A stretch of 64,000 nt of DNA from Zygnema circumcarinatum SAG 698-1b. Its lineage: Eukaryota > Plantae > Zygnematophyceae. Made by a program: the position numbers and the translations under genes. Positions 42,049 to 54,600 of the stretch are shown in pieces; the first letter of the stretch is position 1, and every line of letters begins with the position of its first letter. The stretch spans positions 868,001-932,000 of the forward strand of contig CM074806.1 in NCBI GenBank assembly GCA_037447605.1. Direction: 5' to 3'. The notes below the pieces were generated by a model, which searched no databases, was not told the DNA's origin, and saw only the letters and a program-made list of their open reading frames with translations.

Positions 42049-42441
42049 AGGGATGGCCCGCGTTATAAATTCAGAATATATTATATACTTTACAACGGGT
42101 TTAAAAGTAGTAGTATATTGCAAAGTAAAACACTTTACTACATATATTATACCCACTCGTTTTGAACAATTAACGACCGTACTCGTACGGTCGTACGGTC
42201 GTACCATACCAAAATTAGGTCGTTTTGGCGTTGACGTTGCGAAATGCGTCCGTCTGGTTCACTCTGTCTGCTCGTGCATCCGTACCGCATAATACCGTAC
42301 AGCCGTTCGACCGTACGACCGTACGACCATACGACCGTACATGTTGTAAATGCGTTGTAAATTAATATATATCAGCCGTTATCTAGTCGTCACAGTTGTA
42401 TAATATAATATATATTATATAGTCGTAACTAATCCATCCCT
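42049..42441. mobile_element. AGGGATGG MITE
   Basis: 8-bp TIR AGGGATGG/CCATCCCT; TSD AGT; homologous to 29400-29766. Confidence 0.85.
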
Positions 42442-43582
42442 AGTCGGCACGCATTGAATTTCCTTGTCGGCGAAGTGGCGGTAGAACGAGGATGTCAAGG
42501 GGCACGTGGCGGCTGCTGAATGGCCATTGGATATGTTCTATGCGAAAACTAGACGGTCAAATTCGTTAGATGTTCCATGCTGTTCTATGATTCCTCACGA
42601 CAGGGAACGGAGCAAGTCGTAGAACTGAAGTACATAGAACGAGTTCCAAGTGCGGCGGCTGGGCCTGGGAAGCAGTAGGGCCCCACAGTGCCAGTTGGAG
42701 GGAGGCAGGGCTGCTTCTGGAGCTGCTGATTCACTGTTTTCAAGGCGGTACTACTATGCAGGTTAGTTTCTTCACAGGAATGGTGTTTGATTATTTCTGT
42801 TTGTTTGACTAGGCTTAGGTTCAGACTCCGGCAGTATTGAGTTCTGGTCGTCATACTTCTGCTGCTGAGTCAGCTTCTGCTGCCCGCATAATACCGTACA
42901 GTCGTACGACCTTACGACAGTACATGTTGTAAAGGCGTTGTAAATTAATATAGGAAAATGATACAGCGGCCCCACTTTTTGGATATCGGCGCCCCCTTTT
43001 GGGAAAAATTGTACTTTTTGGCTAACGGGCCTCCCGGATCTTTCGGAGTGAGAAATCCTGTATATACCCGGACCCCGCTACCGCCAGATCCCACCGCACC
43101 GATGGGTACGGGCGCCAGCGCAGACGCGCGTGTCGCCGAGATGCCAGCCTACGGAACGCTTGTCCCCACCTTTCGACCGCTTTGGGTCGAGGTTGCCTCG
43201 TGGCAGTCTGCCATTGGACAGCCCTGCTGCCGGTCCCCCATGCCGATACAGTGGACCCCCATAATATTTTCGCCATGGTTTCGGCAAATACTTGGCGAAA
43301 ATATTGTAATTTGCAAATATAAGGTCCGTGTTACCAATAGGCGGCGGTATTATGTTTAGAGTTCATGTCGGGTTAAATTAAATGTCGTATAAATATCGTA
43401 TAAATGCAATCTGATCATTTAGATACACGAGCTCTATTGGTTCGTGCGGTATACGTGCACGACTTAGAATTTTATTACGTACTTACCGTGCAGTAAAAGC
43501 GTGACCCATGTTTGAAACCCGTTTCGATTAACAGATTTTGTATTGGAGAATAGGTCAGGTTAGGTTAACACCCCTAATACGT

Positions 43583-44028
43583 TGTAACAAACCTGCCAAC
43601 TGCAAGGTTTGCACACAAGACCTCCCGGTACCCACACCAGTGCTTTACCATTAAAAGGCAACCGCGGATGTAAGTACTCGGCCATACAACCCATGTATAG
43701 CGTTTTGCTACATTCCTCCCCACCTAAACCGGGCTCGTCCTCGAGCGCACTCAAGGGGTTTTCACGAGCAGCGTTCAAGCTCCTTCAACACATGGACTAC
43801 GGCCTACGGTTCAGGCCACTGGCCAACCGTACCATGCTCAGAGATCACGGTGTTTTTAGGGTGGATTACAAATACCGGGCACTAGGCTCTGATACCAATG
43901 TAACAAACCTGCCAACTGCAAGGTTTGAACACAAGACCTCTCGGTACCCACACCAGTGCTTTACCATTAAAAGGCAACCGCGGATGTAAGTACTCGGCCA
44001 TACAACCCATGTATAGCGTTTCGCTACA
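43583..44028 (-). mobile_element. Intact TRIM (terminal-repeat retrotransposon in miniature), 446 bp
   Basis: 130-bp LTRs at 43583-43712 and 43899-44028 (TG...CA); PBS TGGTATCAGAGC and PPT AGGTGGGGAGGAA on the minus strand; TSD TACGT; the empty site is visible at ~34900. Confidence 0.95.
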
Positions 44029-44502
44029 TACGTTAACATTGAGTTACCGTACAAAAAGGTGGTTTCGGCAAAATCGGGGCGAATTTCTTGGGGACGCACT
44101 GTACAAGGTGGAAAATATTATGGGGTCCATCAGACGTGGCATGGGGGAACAACGCGAAGAAAGCGTTCCATCGGCAGATCACATTGGCGTCCTGACCCAA
44201 ACGCGTCGTGCGGAGTACAAATTCTTCCTCGTAGGCTCACCGCATTCGCTGCCACGGCCATGATGCGCCGCCGCACGCCGGTGCACGGTTTCCGATCCCC
44301 GCAGGCGCTGGGTCCGATATTGTCTACAAGATCTCTCCTCCAGAAAGATCCAAGGGGGGGAGTGATTAGCCAAAAAAAGAAGTACAATTTTTCCCAAAAG
44401 GGGGCGCCGATATCCAAAAAGTGGGGCCGCTGTATCATTTTCCTTAATATATATCACTAATATCAGCCGTTATCTAGTCGTCACAGTTGTATAATATAAT
44501 AA

Positions 44503-45314
44503 GGGGGCGACTATTTACAGTGTACGTTTTCATTTCAGTGGTTGTTTAAAAACCTTATTGCCCGGCGCTAGCTTTATATTTCAGAGATACAGACGGATGT
44601 AGCGATAGTGATTTGAATGTAAATGGCGCTGCCTACAATGTATAGGGCGAACACGTGGAGCGTACAGGATTGTCGCGCAAAACGTGACAAGTATGTTTGG
44701 GACCGTGACATGATGAAACGAGACGCGAAAAAAGTGGAGTCCGCGGACGGCAGTCGGAAATGGCGGGAAAAAAACTGACAGATTATTCCTGAAACACGCT
44801 ACGTTATGTGCCCTATCTTTTTCTGTCAGTCTTAATTCCCGCCATTTCCGCCTGCCGTCCGCGGACTCCACTTTTTTCGCGTCTCGTTTCGTCACGTCAC
44901 GGTCCCAAACATACTTGTCACGTCATATGTTGCCGCGACCAATCCTGTCGCTCCACGTGTTGCGCCCTTATACCTTGTAGACGCGCGCGCTTCGTACTTT
45001 TCAAATCACTATCCGTACATCCGACGAAAAAGGTCTGTATCTATTCTGAAAAAGTATGAAACAGCGCGGGGCAGCCAAAAAAAGGTTTTTTTTGCTGCCC
45101 CCCGAAAACGTACACTACATTCAGAAAACGTACACTAGGGGGTGTCAGACTTAACAAAATCTTACGAAAAGCGTTACGAAAAAAAAGGTTACGAAAGTAC
45201 TCCGCCGCAGGAGGATCGCGATTATACTGGAGTACTCGTTCTGATGTCAAACTTACGAACACGCGTACTGAAATTTTTTAAGTCTGACACCCCCTACTGT
45301 AAATAGTCGCCCCC
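44503..45314. mobile_element. GGGGGCGACTATTTACAGTG TIR element containing a 159-bp MITE (45137-45295)
   Basis: Inverted termini with an apparent ATAATAA flanking duplication; the inner MITE has TIR AGGGGGTGTCAGACTTAA and TSD ACT. Confidence 0.8.
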
Positions 45315-46140
45315 ATAATAATTATATAGTCGTAACTAATCCATCCCTACCCGCGCCTCGCGCGCAGAATCCAACCGTGCACCGACGTACGGCGCCGCGC
45401 CACGATTTGAATCCCAGCCGTCGAATCTTTCACAGGTTGCACCACGATGACCGTTCGATCTGCAGCCTCGCTCGGTCTCGGCGAATGGCACGCGCCCACG
45501 TGACCAGGTATAAAGACGGTCCGACGGTAAGTTCGGGAACGGCACCCGGCGGCGCCTGGACTCGTCCGTACGGTTAAAGATACTGTAATCGAATTCGGTT
45601 CTTTTAGAAACGTGGTAGGGTCGCAGCTTAGAGTAAATAACAGGCTGCGGATCAAGATCCTCGTGCGTTGCCTTTTTATAGAAATGTCTTCGAACCTTAA
45701 TTATATGAAGTGGACTGAAACGATAACTGATCGAACACATAAGCTGTATGGGTATGCGATATACCCCTTTTTCTGCGCATTCGATCCAACGAAACGTACA
45801 ACCAACCAGGTCCGTAACCGTTTCGGGCGTTGTCAACCGAACCATTCCAAATCTTGCGTGTCCCGTGTTTGACAGAACAAGCTGTTACGGTTTACCAACC
45901 CACCCCGGTACAAACATGCCGTTTCGGGCATTGTCAACCGACAATCACAATCCCCCGATTACGAAAACCGTACAAAAAAGGGCCATATCCTCGTCCAAAA
46001 GACGATTGTCCGAATACAGGGGGTCCTCGTCATATTTTCCACCTTCAACAGTGCGTCACCAATAAATTCGCACCGATTTTGCCGAAACCACCTTTTTGTA
46101 CGGTAACTTCTTGTTAGCCGTACTGTTCGTACTATCCGTA

Positions 46141-46177
46141 CCCTAAAAACCCTAAAACCCTCAAAACCCTAAAACCC
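46141..46177. repeat. Telomere-like (CCCTAAAA)n units beside a gap
   Basis: CCCTAAAAA CCCTAAAA CCCTCAAAA CCCTAAAA CCC. Confidence 0.55.
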
Positions 46178-46879
46178 GTNNNNNNNNNNCTAACAAAAGA
46201 GTTGTTGCTGATCATTCCGAGGATCCTCCTGATCTGCTGAGGATGGAACATGGAGTGGAGTGAAGGGGAGAATGGTGGAAAAATGAAGGAAGAAAAGGAT
46301 GAAGAAGAAACATCGAGAGTGGAAAGAGCAGAATGGTGGAGGGGGGAAGGAAAAAAAGGAAGGGAAGTAACATGGAGTGTGATGAAGGGGAGAATGGTGG
46401 AAGGAAGAAGGAAGAAAAAGAAGGAGGAAGGAATTAGATTGTAGTGAAAAGGAAAATGGTGGAAGGGAGAAGGAAGAAACAGGGGGAGACAGGAACATGG
46501 AGTGTGGTGAAGGGGAGAATGATGGAAGTGAGAAGGAAGAAAAAGGGGGAGGAAGGAAAATGGAGTGTGTAAAGGGAAGAATGGTGGAAGGGAGAAGGAA
46601 GAAAGAGGAGAGGTTGTTGATGAAAGATGAAGGCTACTAACTAACAAGTCGCCTGGCCACCACGCTTTGTCGCCAGTCTCAGGAGTCCACTGCTGGCCGA
46701 TCGTCACTGTCGGCCAGCCTGTGGAATTGGCTCCGCTTCTACTACTGCCTATCCGCCGGGCTGGCCTGGTGGAGTCCTATTCGTCACCGGGCCTGGCTTC
46801 ACTGCTGGCCACCACAGGAGTCCACCGGTTACCACTTTGTCAAGTCATTTGCCAACCGCACCGACTTTAAAGACTGGTC

Positions 46880-47352
46880 ATATGGAAATTATGGAAATTA
46901 TGGAAATTCTGGAAATTATGGAAATTATGGAAATAAGGTTCGTTCTTACGCTTACTTTCAAGTATTGCATAGCAAATAACCCTGGACTGATTTCGGAAGG
47001 ACCCGGTCCTGGAGATGATGATGTTCGCAAAGATCGAAAAAAGTCAGAAATATATGATCATAATCAAAAAAAGGTTCGTACTTACACTCTCACTCATGTG
47101 TTCTATAGCAAATAACCCTGGATTGATTTCAGAAGGACCCGGTCCTGGAGATAATGATGTTTGGAAAGATCGAAAAACGTCAGTGATATATGATTATAAT
47201 AAAAAAAGGTTCGTACTTACGCTATCACTCATGTGTTCTATAGCAAATAACCCTGGATTGATTTCAGAAGGACCCGGTCCTGGAGATAATGATGTTCGGA
47301 AAGATCGAAAAACGTCAAAATATATGATCCTAATCAAAAAAGGTTCGTACTT
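46880..47352. repeat. 9-bp (TATGGAAAT) repeats followed by three ~135-bp tandem repeats
   Basis: AGGTTCGTACTTAC...GCAAATAACCCTGGA...GGACCCGGTCCTGGAGAT units repeated three times. Confidence 0.85.
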
Positions 47353-48175
47353 CACATTCCCATTCTTCACATTTTCTTCTTCACCTTTTTTTTTTCTTTT
47401 CTTTTTCTTCCTTTCTTGTTGTTTTTTTTTTTTTTTCTGTATGTGAATGTGTACGGTTGTGTGTCTGTGTCTGTGTGTTTGTCTGAATGTGCGTATTCTT
47501 TTAACAGAAACAACAAAAAAAAAACAACAACTTTTTATTACAACATAAGGCCTAATGTTGTAATATTTAGATGAAGCGGGAAGCGGGGCTGCCCAGTAGC
47601 AAACTGCTACGTGGGCGATCCGTGCTGGCCAGTGGCGCGACGCCACGCCACAGTGGGCGCCGACGCCACGCGGGTCGGGTCTCTGCTGAGCGATGTCAGT
47701 CTTATCAACGCATGGTCCGGCCGCGATCCGCGGGCTAAGCAGCCGCCTCAATATCTAACCTGCGTCCGTGATAGGTCGATGGTCGGATATCCGACCCACA
47801 CGCGTGCCGCGCCGCAATGTCGTATGTCCGACACGCGCGCGCGACACGCCGCTGTACGGAACTGTGCGTGTCCGATGTACGGGCGCGACGCGCAGTCCTT
47901 ATATGTCGGTCCGCCCGTACCGACAGGATCTTGGTTTGGGCGGACGATCAGTACGGTACGTTGTACGGAGATCTCCGTGGTGCGCTGAGCGCCACGGTGG
48001 TTGTAGCGTTTCGCTAGTATGCGTTAGTGTGTCGATCAGTACGGTACGTTGTACGGAGATCTCCGTGGTGCGCTGAGCGCCACGGTGGCTGTAGCGTTTC
48101 GCTACAGTGTGCGTTTGTGTGTCTGTGTTTTTTTTGTTTTTTTTTAAACAAACAAAAAAAAAGAGCACTCTCAAT

Positions 48176-48322
48176 AGGGGGTGTCAGACTTAAAAAATTT
48201 CAGTACGCGTGTTCGTAAGTTTGACATCAAAACGAGTACTCCAGTATAATCGCGATCCTCCTGCGGCGGAGTACTTTCGTAACCTTTTTTTTCGTAAGAT
48301 TTTGTTAAGTCTGACACCCCCT
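48176..48322. mobile_element. AGGGGGTGTCAGAC mini-MITE
   Basis: TIRs, TSD AAT; the empty site is visible in the duplicate at ~48455. Confidence 0.9.
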
Positions 48323-48976
48323 AATATTACAACATCAGGCCAAATGTTGTAATATTAAGATTGTTTTTTTCTTTTTTTTTTTCCCTGTGACTGTGTTTGT
48401 GTGTGTGTGTATTTGCGTGTGTGACTTTTACAAAAAAAAAAAAAAAAAAAGAACACTCTCAATATTACAACATCAGGCCAAATGTTGTAATATTAAGATT
48501 GTTTTTTTCTTTTTTTTTTCCCTGTGACTGTGTTTGTGTGTGTGTGTGTGTATTTGCGTGTGTGACTTTTACAAACAAAAAAAAAAAAAAAATCAAACTA
48601 ATTAATACAACATGAGGCCTCATGTTGTAATATTTAGATTGATTATGTTTTTTTTTTTTAAACCACACACAAACTGCGACGACAGAATGAGGCCTCATTC
48701 TGTCGTCGCAGTTTGTGTGGTTTTTTTTTGGTTTTTTTCCCATTTTAGGGCTACGTGGCAACACCTGACTAGATAAGCATTTGATCCAACGAAACGCACA
48801 ACCAATCAGGACGCGCGACGTGGCAACGTCAGACTCGCGGCAACTATACCCCATTTTCATTAAATTCATCATTCACAAACTAACCGAATCCGTACACCAC
48901 ATAAATCATCAAAATCAAACGCCGTCGTATATAGAAAACGACTCGTGGCAATGACAGAATAAGTACGCAATATACC

Positions 48977-51275
48977 CAGGCCTCTTCAAATAGGGGATTT
49001 CGGCTTAAGATAGGGGACTGTCCCCTAACTTGGTTTTGTAAAAACACGTAAATATGGACTGTACGGACGAAACCGTGCACGTACGGACGAGAATTTTGTG
49101 GAGACCTTGTTTCATCATTTCCCAACACTGCTACCGTCGAGTCTGATTTTTCAGTAATTGGATGGGAGAAAGACGAGTTTCGAAAGAGGTTGACAGACTT
49201 TTCATTAGAAGGCATTCTTCACTGCAAACAGTTTGATAGTTTGACCGCTCTTCGAGGGTCTCTTTGAGTAGTTTGCATCACTTCTATAGCTGTCTTGATC
49301 AACCTAAAACTCCTAAGGGAGTGAGACCATTTTTCATTTCATTTCTAATTTTAGTTCCTATTTCAGTTTTTCTTTTGTGACTACACCTAGAATTTCAGAG
49401 GTTATGATTTGGAATAGAGTTTTTGTGAGGAAATTTTAAGACTATGATGGATTCTAAAGTGATACTTGGAGTAATTAATGATGGATGGGAAAGGAAATAG
49501 AGAGCTTAGGATTGGATCTACAAAGTTTCAGTGCAATTGGGTTTTTGAATAAGCAACTATATGTTGTGATTGCCAAATGCACAGTTGTTCTAATTGATTG
49601 GTAAAATTTACCAATCTATAAAAGTCGAAGAGGTTGCACCAGTTTCTAAAGCCGTGTTGTTATACCAACAAGTAAAGTTCATATACATCATTGCTATCTG
49701 TTGATGTATAGGTACATCAGGTTGTTGGTACTTAGTTCCTCGCATGAGTGTTGTCCATGAGAACAATGTTGTGTTGGGACAATGTCATGCATGGATGGTC
49801 ATGTTTGGTATAGGACCGAACATGGGGGGGGGTGCCCGTATCGTTAGGGCACGGTACGGTAGGTCTAGGGAAAGTCTAGAGTCAAAGGGTTACGGCTTAG
49901 GCTTAGACTGTACCAAAGGGGGTGCGCGAAATGCGCCTTGGTTGAATGGAGCGCGGCCGTACGGACGGCGCGCGACTGTACGGATGAAGCGGAAATGAAC
50001 GGACTCGGTGATTTTGGACGCGAGAGGCGGATTTGCGTGAAGCGACATGATTGGTCGCGACAGCATGCAAATCGCAGCGTGATCTCCGAGCGTGACATGA
50101 CGCATGATTTGGTACAGTATGTACTTTGGAGGTACGGATGTTGGTCGGTGCTGAAATGTCGGTGCGACGAATCAGCATGAGGCGCGGAGTCAGCAACGTT
50201 TTCATCTGGAAGACAGTGGCGAATCAGAAGGTGCCACGTGTCAAGTGTGACCTGTATAGGCGCAGGCTTGCTTCATCGTACGACTCAGGAGTGTGCGCGC
50301 GGAGGCAAGACCGGCCGAGCGGCCGATGCTGATCGTACGGCCACGGAGGCGAGACCGACTAAGGGACCGATGCGGATCATGCGGTCGGGAGTCCGCCAGT
50401 CAACGTTGCTCTGAGGAATCTTTTCTAGAGGGTGGAGTCTTGGAATGTTGTGGCGGCAAGGAGTCGGCGGAGCGTACCTCGAGGAGTACGGAGTTAGTCT
50501 TTGTTAGGACGGCGGGATGTGTAGCCGGCGGTAGAGTGCATGCCCACCTGGATTAGTGCGGTGGTGTTGGTACGTTGCCAAGCTAGATGTACTTTGCATA
50601 GCAAGACACGAAGTAGTTTAAGGTTGTTTGAATTAAGGTTGTTGCATGTATGGTCCCGGCGCGTGTGACGTGACATGGTCACGTCACAGCCCCATACTAT
50701 ATAGTGAGAGTGGGTGTGTAAGTTAGTAACCTTCTTGATGAGCATTGCAAAGCTATGGTAGTTTCTACAGTAGTTAGAGGCAAGGCTTTGGCAACAGGAG
50801 GTGGACCTTTGTGAGGAGTCTCCGTGTGTGGAGAGTTGTCTCACGTGAAGGTGGAGTTATCATGTGTGGAAAGCTTGGCTAGGCTTATGGGGGCTTGAGC
50901 TGAAGAGCTTGTCATGATAAAGGAGTTTTAGGCTGGGAGCTTTCTCCTTCGTTTTTCTATTCCGCCTCTTGTGTGTTGTGTATGCACTTGAGTGAAAAAT
51001 GAATGAGAGTGCTGTGGGCACAGGGAGAGAAGCTTCCATGGAGGTGAAGAGGGGGAAAGGATTGAAGTTGAATTTGCTTCTCAACCTTTTGCCACCTCAC
51101 ACTCACACTATCGTGGTTGCAAATGCAATTCATTTCCTTTTTGTTTTTAACCAAAAAAATGCTTTTTTGGGGCTTGTGTGGTATTTAAGTTGAAATCACG
51201 TAAACTAATCTCAAAATCTTACATAAATAAGCTATTTACGATATTTAGGGGATCTCCCCTATTTGAAGAGGCCTG
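48977..51275. mobile_element. Non-autonomous hAT-like element
   Basis: TIR CAGGCCTCTTCAAATAGGGGA; 8-bp TSD AATATACC at 48969-48976 and 51276-51283. Confidence 0.88.
49699..51107 (+). mobile_element. Solo LTR, family A (1409 bp), nested in the hAT element
   Basis: TGTTGA...TCACA; 5-bp TSD CTATC on both sides. Confidence 0.85.
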
Positions 51276-51621
51276 AATATACCCCATTTTCTGCGCATGT
51301 TGAGATCCGTACAATCGTACATGTCGTACGGAACGTTTGTTTGGAAGTTGTGTACGGAATAGTACGGACTGAGTAACACGTGTTGAGTGCTTAGGGAGTT
51401 GTGTGAATCTCAAGACCTTTGATCGTATGGTTTGTGTTGTTCATCATGTTTTACATTTTGGCGGCGAGGTTTTAGGAAGGCTAGATATAAGACTTCAGTT
51501 TTGTGTGTCTTTCTCAACTTGAGCTTCAAGGAAAGCATAGGATGCTGAGCTCTTGTTAAGTTTTGGAATAAAGTTTTTGTGGATATATGCTCTACTCCTT
51601 GGATGCTTGAGATTGTTGGAA

Positions 51622-54600
51622 ATGTCTAGAAAAGGGAAGGCCCACAAAGATGAGATGGATGATAATGAGAAAGATAGAGGCTCAAGTTCTACAAGTGGTA
51701 TCAGAGCGACAGGAGATGATGATACAGAGAAATACTCAGTTACATTGTTTGATGGGACGAACTACCTCTCTTGGAGTCAAAATATGGAGGCTGTGTTGGA
51801 AGCTAAGGAGCTGATGGAATTGGTGGACGGCACTGAAGCCACACCAGACAAGGAGAAAGAGCCCAAGGAGTTTGCAAGCTGGAAGAAAAGGAACGGTAAA
51901 GCAAAAGCCTTAATACTCTCCTCCATGAAATCCCCTCACGGACTAGCACTTAGAGGACTGACTGCAGCAGAAATGTGGAAGAAGCTCCAAAACATTTACT
52001 CTTCGAAAACTTCAGCACAAGGGATAGCAGCGTATGCAGAATTTACGTCTATCAGGATGGGGGAGACAGAAAGTCTGGATAATTACAATGTCAGATTTGA
52101 TAGCGTTCTGAAAACACTGACAGAAACTGGAAGATCCATCGTAGAAAATGATCAGGCCTATATGTATCTTCAGAGTCTGTCCTCTAAATACGAGATGACG
52201 GCCGATAACCTCACAAATTACCTGCATCAATCAGGAATGTCATTAGAGGATGTAAAGGCTAGGATCATCGAGTATGATAGGCTGAGGAGGATAAGAAAGG
52301 AGGGAAAAGTGAGGCAAGAGACGGCATTTGCAACCATGACTAGTGGAAACTACAGAGGTCGGGGAGGAGGACAGTCAAGCAGAGGAGGTCATGCAAACAG
52401 AGGAGGATACATGAGCAGTAGAGGAGGATATGAACCGAGAGGAGGATATGAACCGAGAGGTGGACACAACAGCAGAGGTGGATTCAGAGGTAGAGGTGGA
52501 AGTTTTCAAGGAGGAAGTTTTCCCAGCTACAGAGGAAGAGGAGCAGGAGCAGGATTCAACTCATTTGACAGCGGTGGAAGGTTTTCAGAAATCACCTGCT
52601 ATACATGTGGCGGAAACGGCCACACATCCAGAGACTGTCGTGCTGGCGGAGGCAGAGGAGTTGCAGCATATGGAGGCGGCCCTCAAAATCGCAACAGCCA
52701 AGGAAATACAACGTTCAGAGGTAGTTGCTACACCTGTGGACAGCCAGGACATTCAGCAAGAAACTGTATGAGTAGAAGTACAGCAAATTCTGCAACTACT
52801 GAACAGACTGAAGGATACGCTACAAGTTTTGGAGTTTCCTCAGTCAATCACCTCTCCATCAAGAGATCAGACTGGATTATAGATTCAGGAGCAAGTGCTC
52901 ACATCTGTACAGAGAAGGAGATGTTTGAAGAGATGCACACTTTGAATGTGCCTATCACTGTTCAAACAGCAAGTGGACAAAGGTTCAGTGTTACAGAGAG
53001 TGGAAGAGTAAGATTGATTTTAAAAACAAAGGAAGGGAATGTAGAAACAGTTCTCACAGATGTTTTGTACTCTCCACAAATGATCCACAATCTTTACTCA
53101 GTTTGCTATATGCTTGATCAAGGGGTAGTGACACTATTTGACATAGGAGGAATTCAGATGAGAGAAAGGAGCACATGGAATCTAGTTGGAGAAGGATTCA
53201 GACAAGGACAGACTGCGTTCTTGAAGTGGGAGAAACCCAAATCTCTACCAGTGACTGCAAATCAGGTGGATGTGGAGGAGAATCTGGAGAAGTGGCACAA
53301 GAGATTAGGACATCTCAGCTATTGGGGAATGAAAAGCATGGTAGAGAAGAATTCAGTGATTGGAATTGAGGAGATGAGAGGAGACTGGAGTCCCAACATG
53401 TCATGTGAAGACTGCTTGAAGTGCAAGTCTCACAAACTACCACATAAGACCCATGGAGAAAGGAAGTACCGAGCAACGAGGAAGCTGGAGCTGGTTCACT
53501 CCGACATTTGTGGCCCAATTTCACCTGCAAGTAGGAGCAGTGCAGAATATTTCATCACCTTCATGGATGACTATTCTCGTAAGTGTTGGGTAGCATTCCT
53601 AAACAGTAAATCTGCAGCGCTAGATTGCTTTAAGCATTGGCAGAGAGTGGTGGAGACAGAAACAGGGGAGAAAATTGCAGCTTTGAGGACAGATAATGGA
53701 GGAGAGTTTACCTCAAATGCATTTATGCAGCATTGTAAGGACGCAGGGATAAAAAGGCAATTTACTGCACCTCACTGTCCTGAAAGCAATGGTGCAGCAG
53801 AAAGATTGAATCGCACTTTGGTGGAAATGGCACGATCAATGCTTCATGGTTCCAATCTGCATTTGAGTTTTTGGGCAGAGGCCATCAATGCAGCGATTCA
53901 TGTGAGAAATCGATGTCCCACATCAGCCTTGAATGATGGCAAGGTTCCAGAAGAGCTTTGGACCGGGTCCAAGCCCACAATTTCTCACTTACGTGTGTGG
54001 GGGTCCAAATGCTTCGTCAATATTCCACATGCTCAGAGGAGAGGGAAGATGGATCCTACCGCATGGACAGGATGGCTGGTTGGATATGATCATGAGAGTT
54101 TGACCTACAGGATTTGGGATGCTCAGAATAATGCAGTCAGGCGCAGCAGGGATGTTCAATTCGTGGAGAAAGGAGAAGTCACCAGAAAAGACATGGACTC
54201 ATGGAGTGTAAAGGGGTTAAGTGAAGAAATGCAGGATGAGGAGAGCGCTAAGGAAGACCCAAGCCCCACAATTTTGCAAGAAAGGGATGCTGAATCAAGA
54301 GATGATTTGGAGTCAAGGTTGGAAGAATCAGAATCACCCGAAGAATTGTCAAGAGAGGAGATTCCTACCTTGAGGCGAAGTGCACGCATAGCTAAGCGGG
54401 AGGCGTTCACACCATCAAAAAATGACCGCCCAAGGAACTTTCGAAGGGCAGCAGAATCCGTGGATGCTCTCACAAGGATTCCTAGAGATACTGACAATTT
54501 TGCTTACGTTGCAGCCTGCACACGTGCAAAACCAGATGAGCCACAATCATTTCAGGAGGCCATTGAAGGACCAGATAAAGAGAAATGGAAGCAAGCTATC

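Noticed and set aside
46190-46640. Glu/Gly/Lys- or Phe/Pro-rich ORFs
   Set aside because: They arise from a degenerate purine-rich satellite next to a gap.
46935-47352. Regularly spaced repeats as a possible CRISPR-like array
   Set aside because: Whole ~135-bp units repeat with no unique spacers, and the context is eukaryotic with no cas genes.
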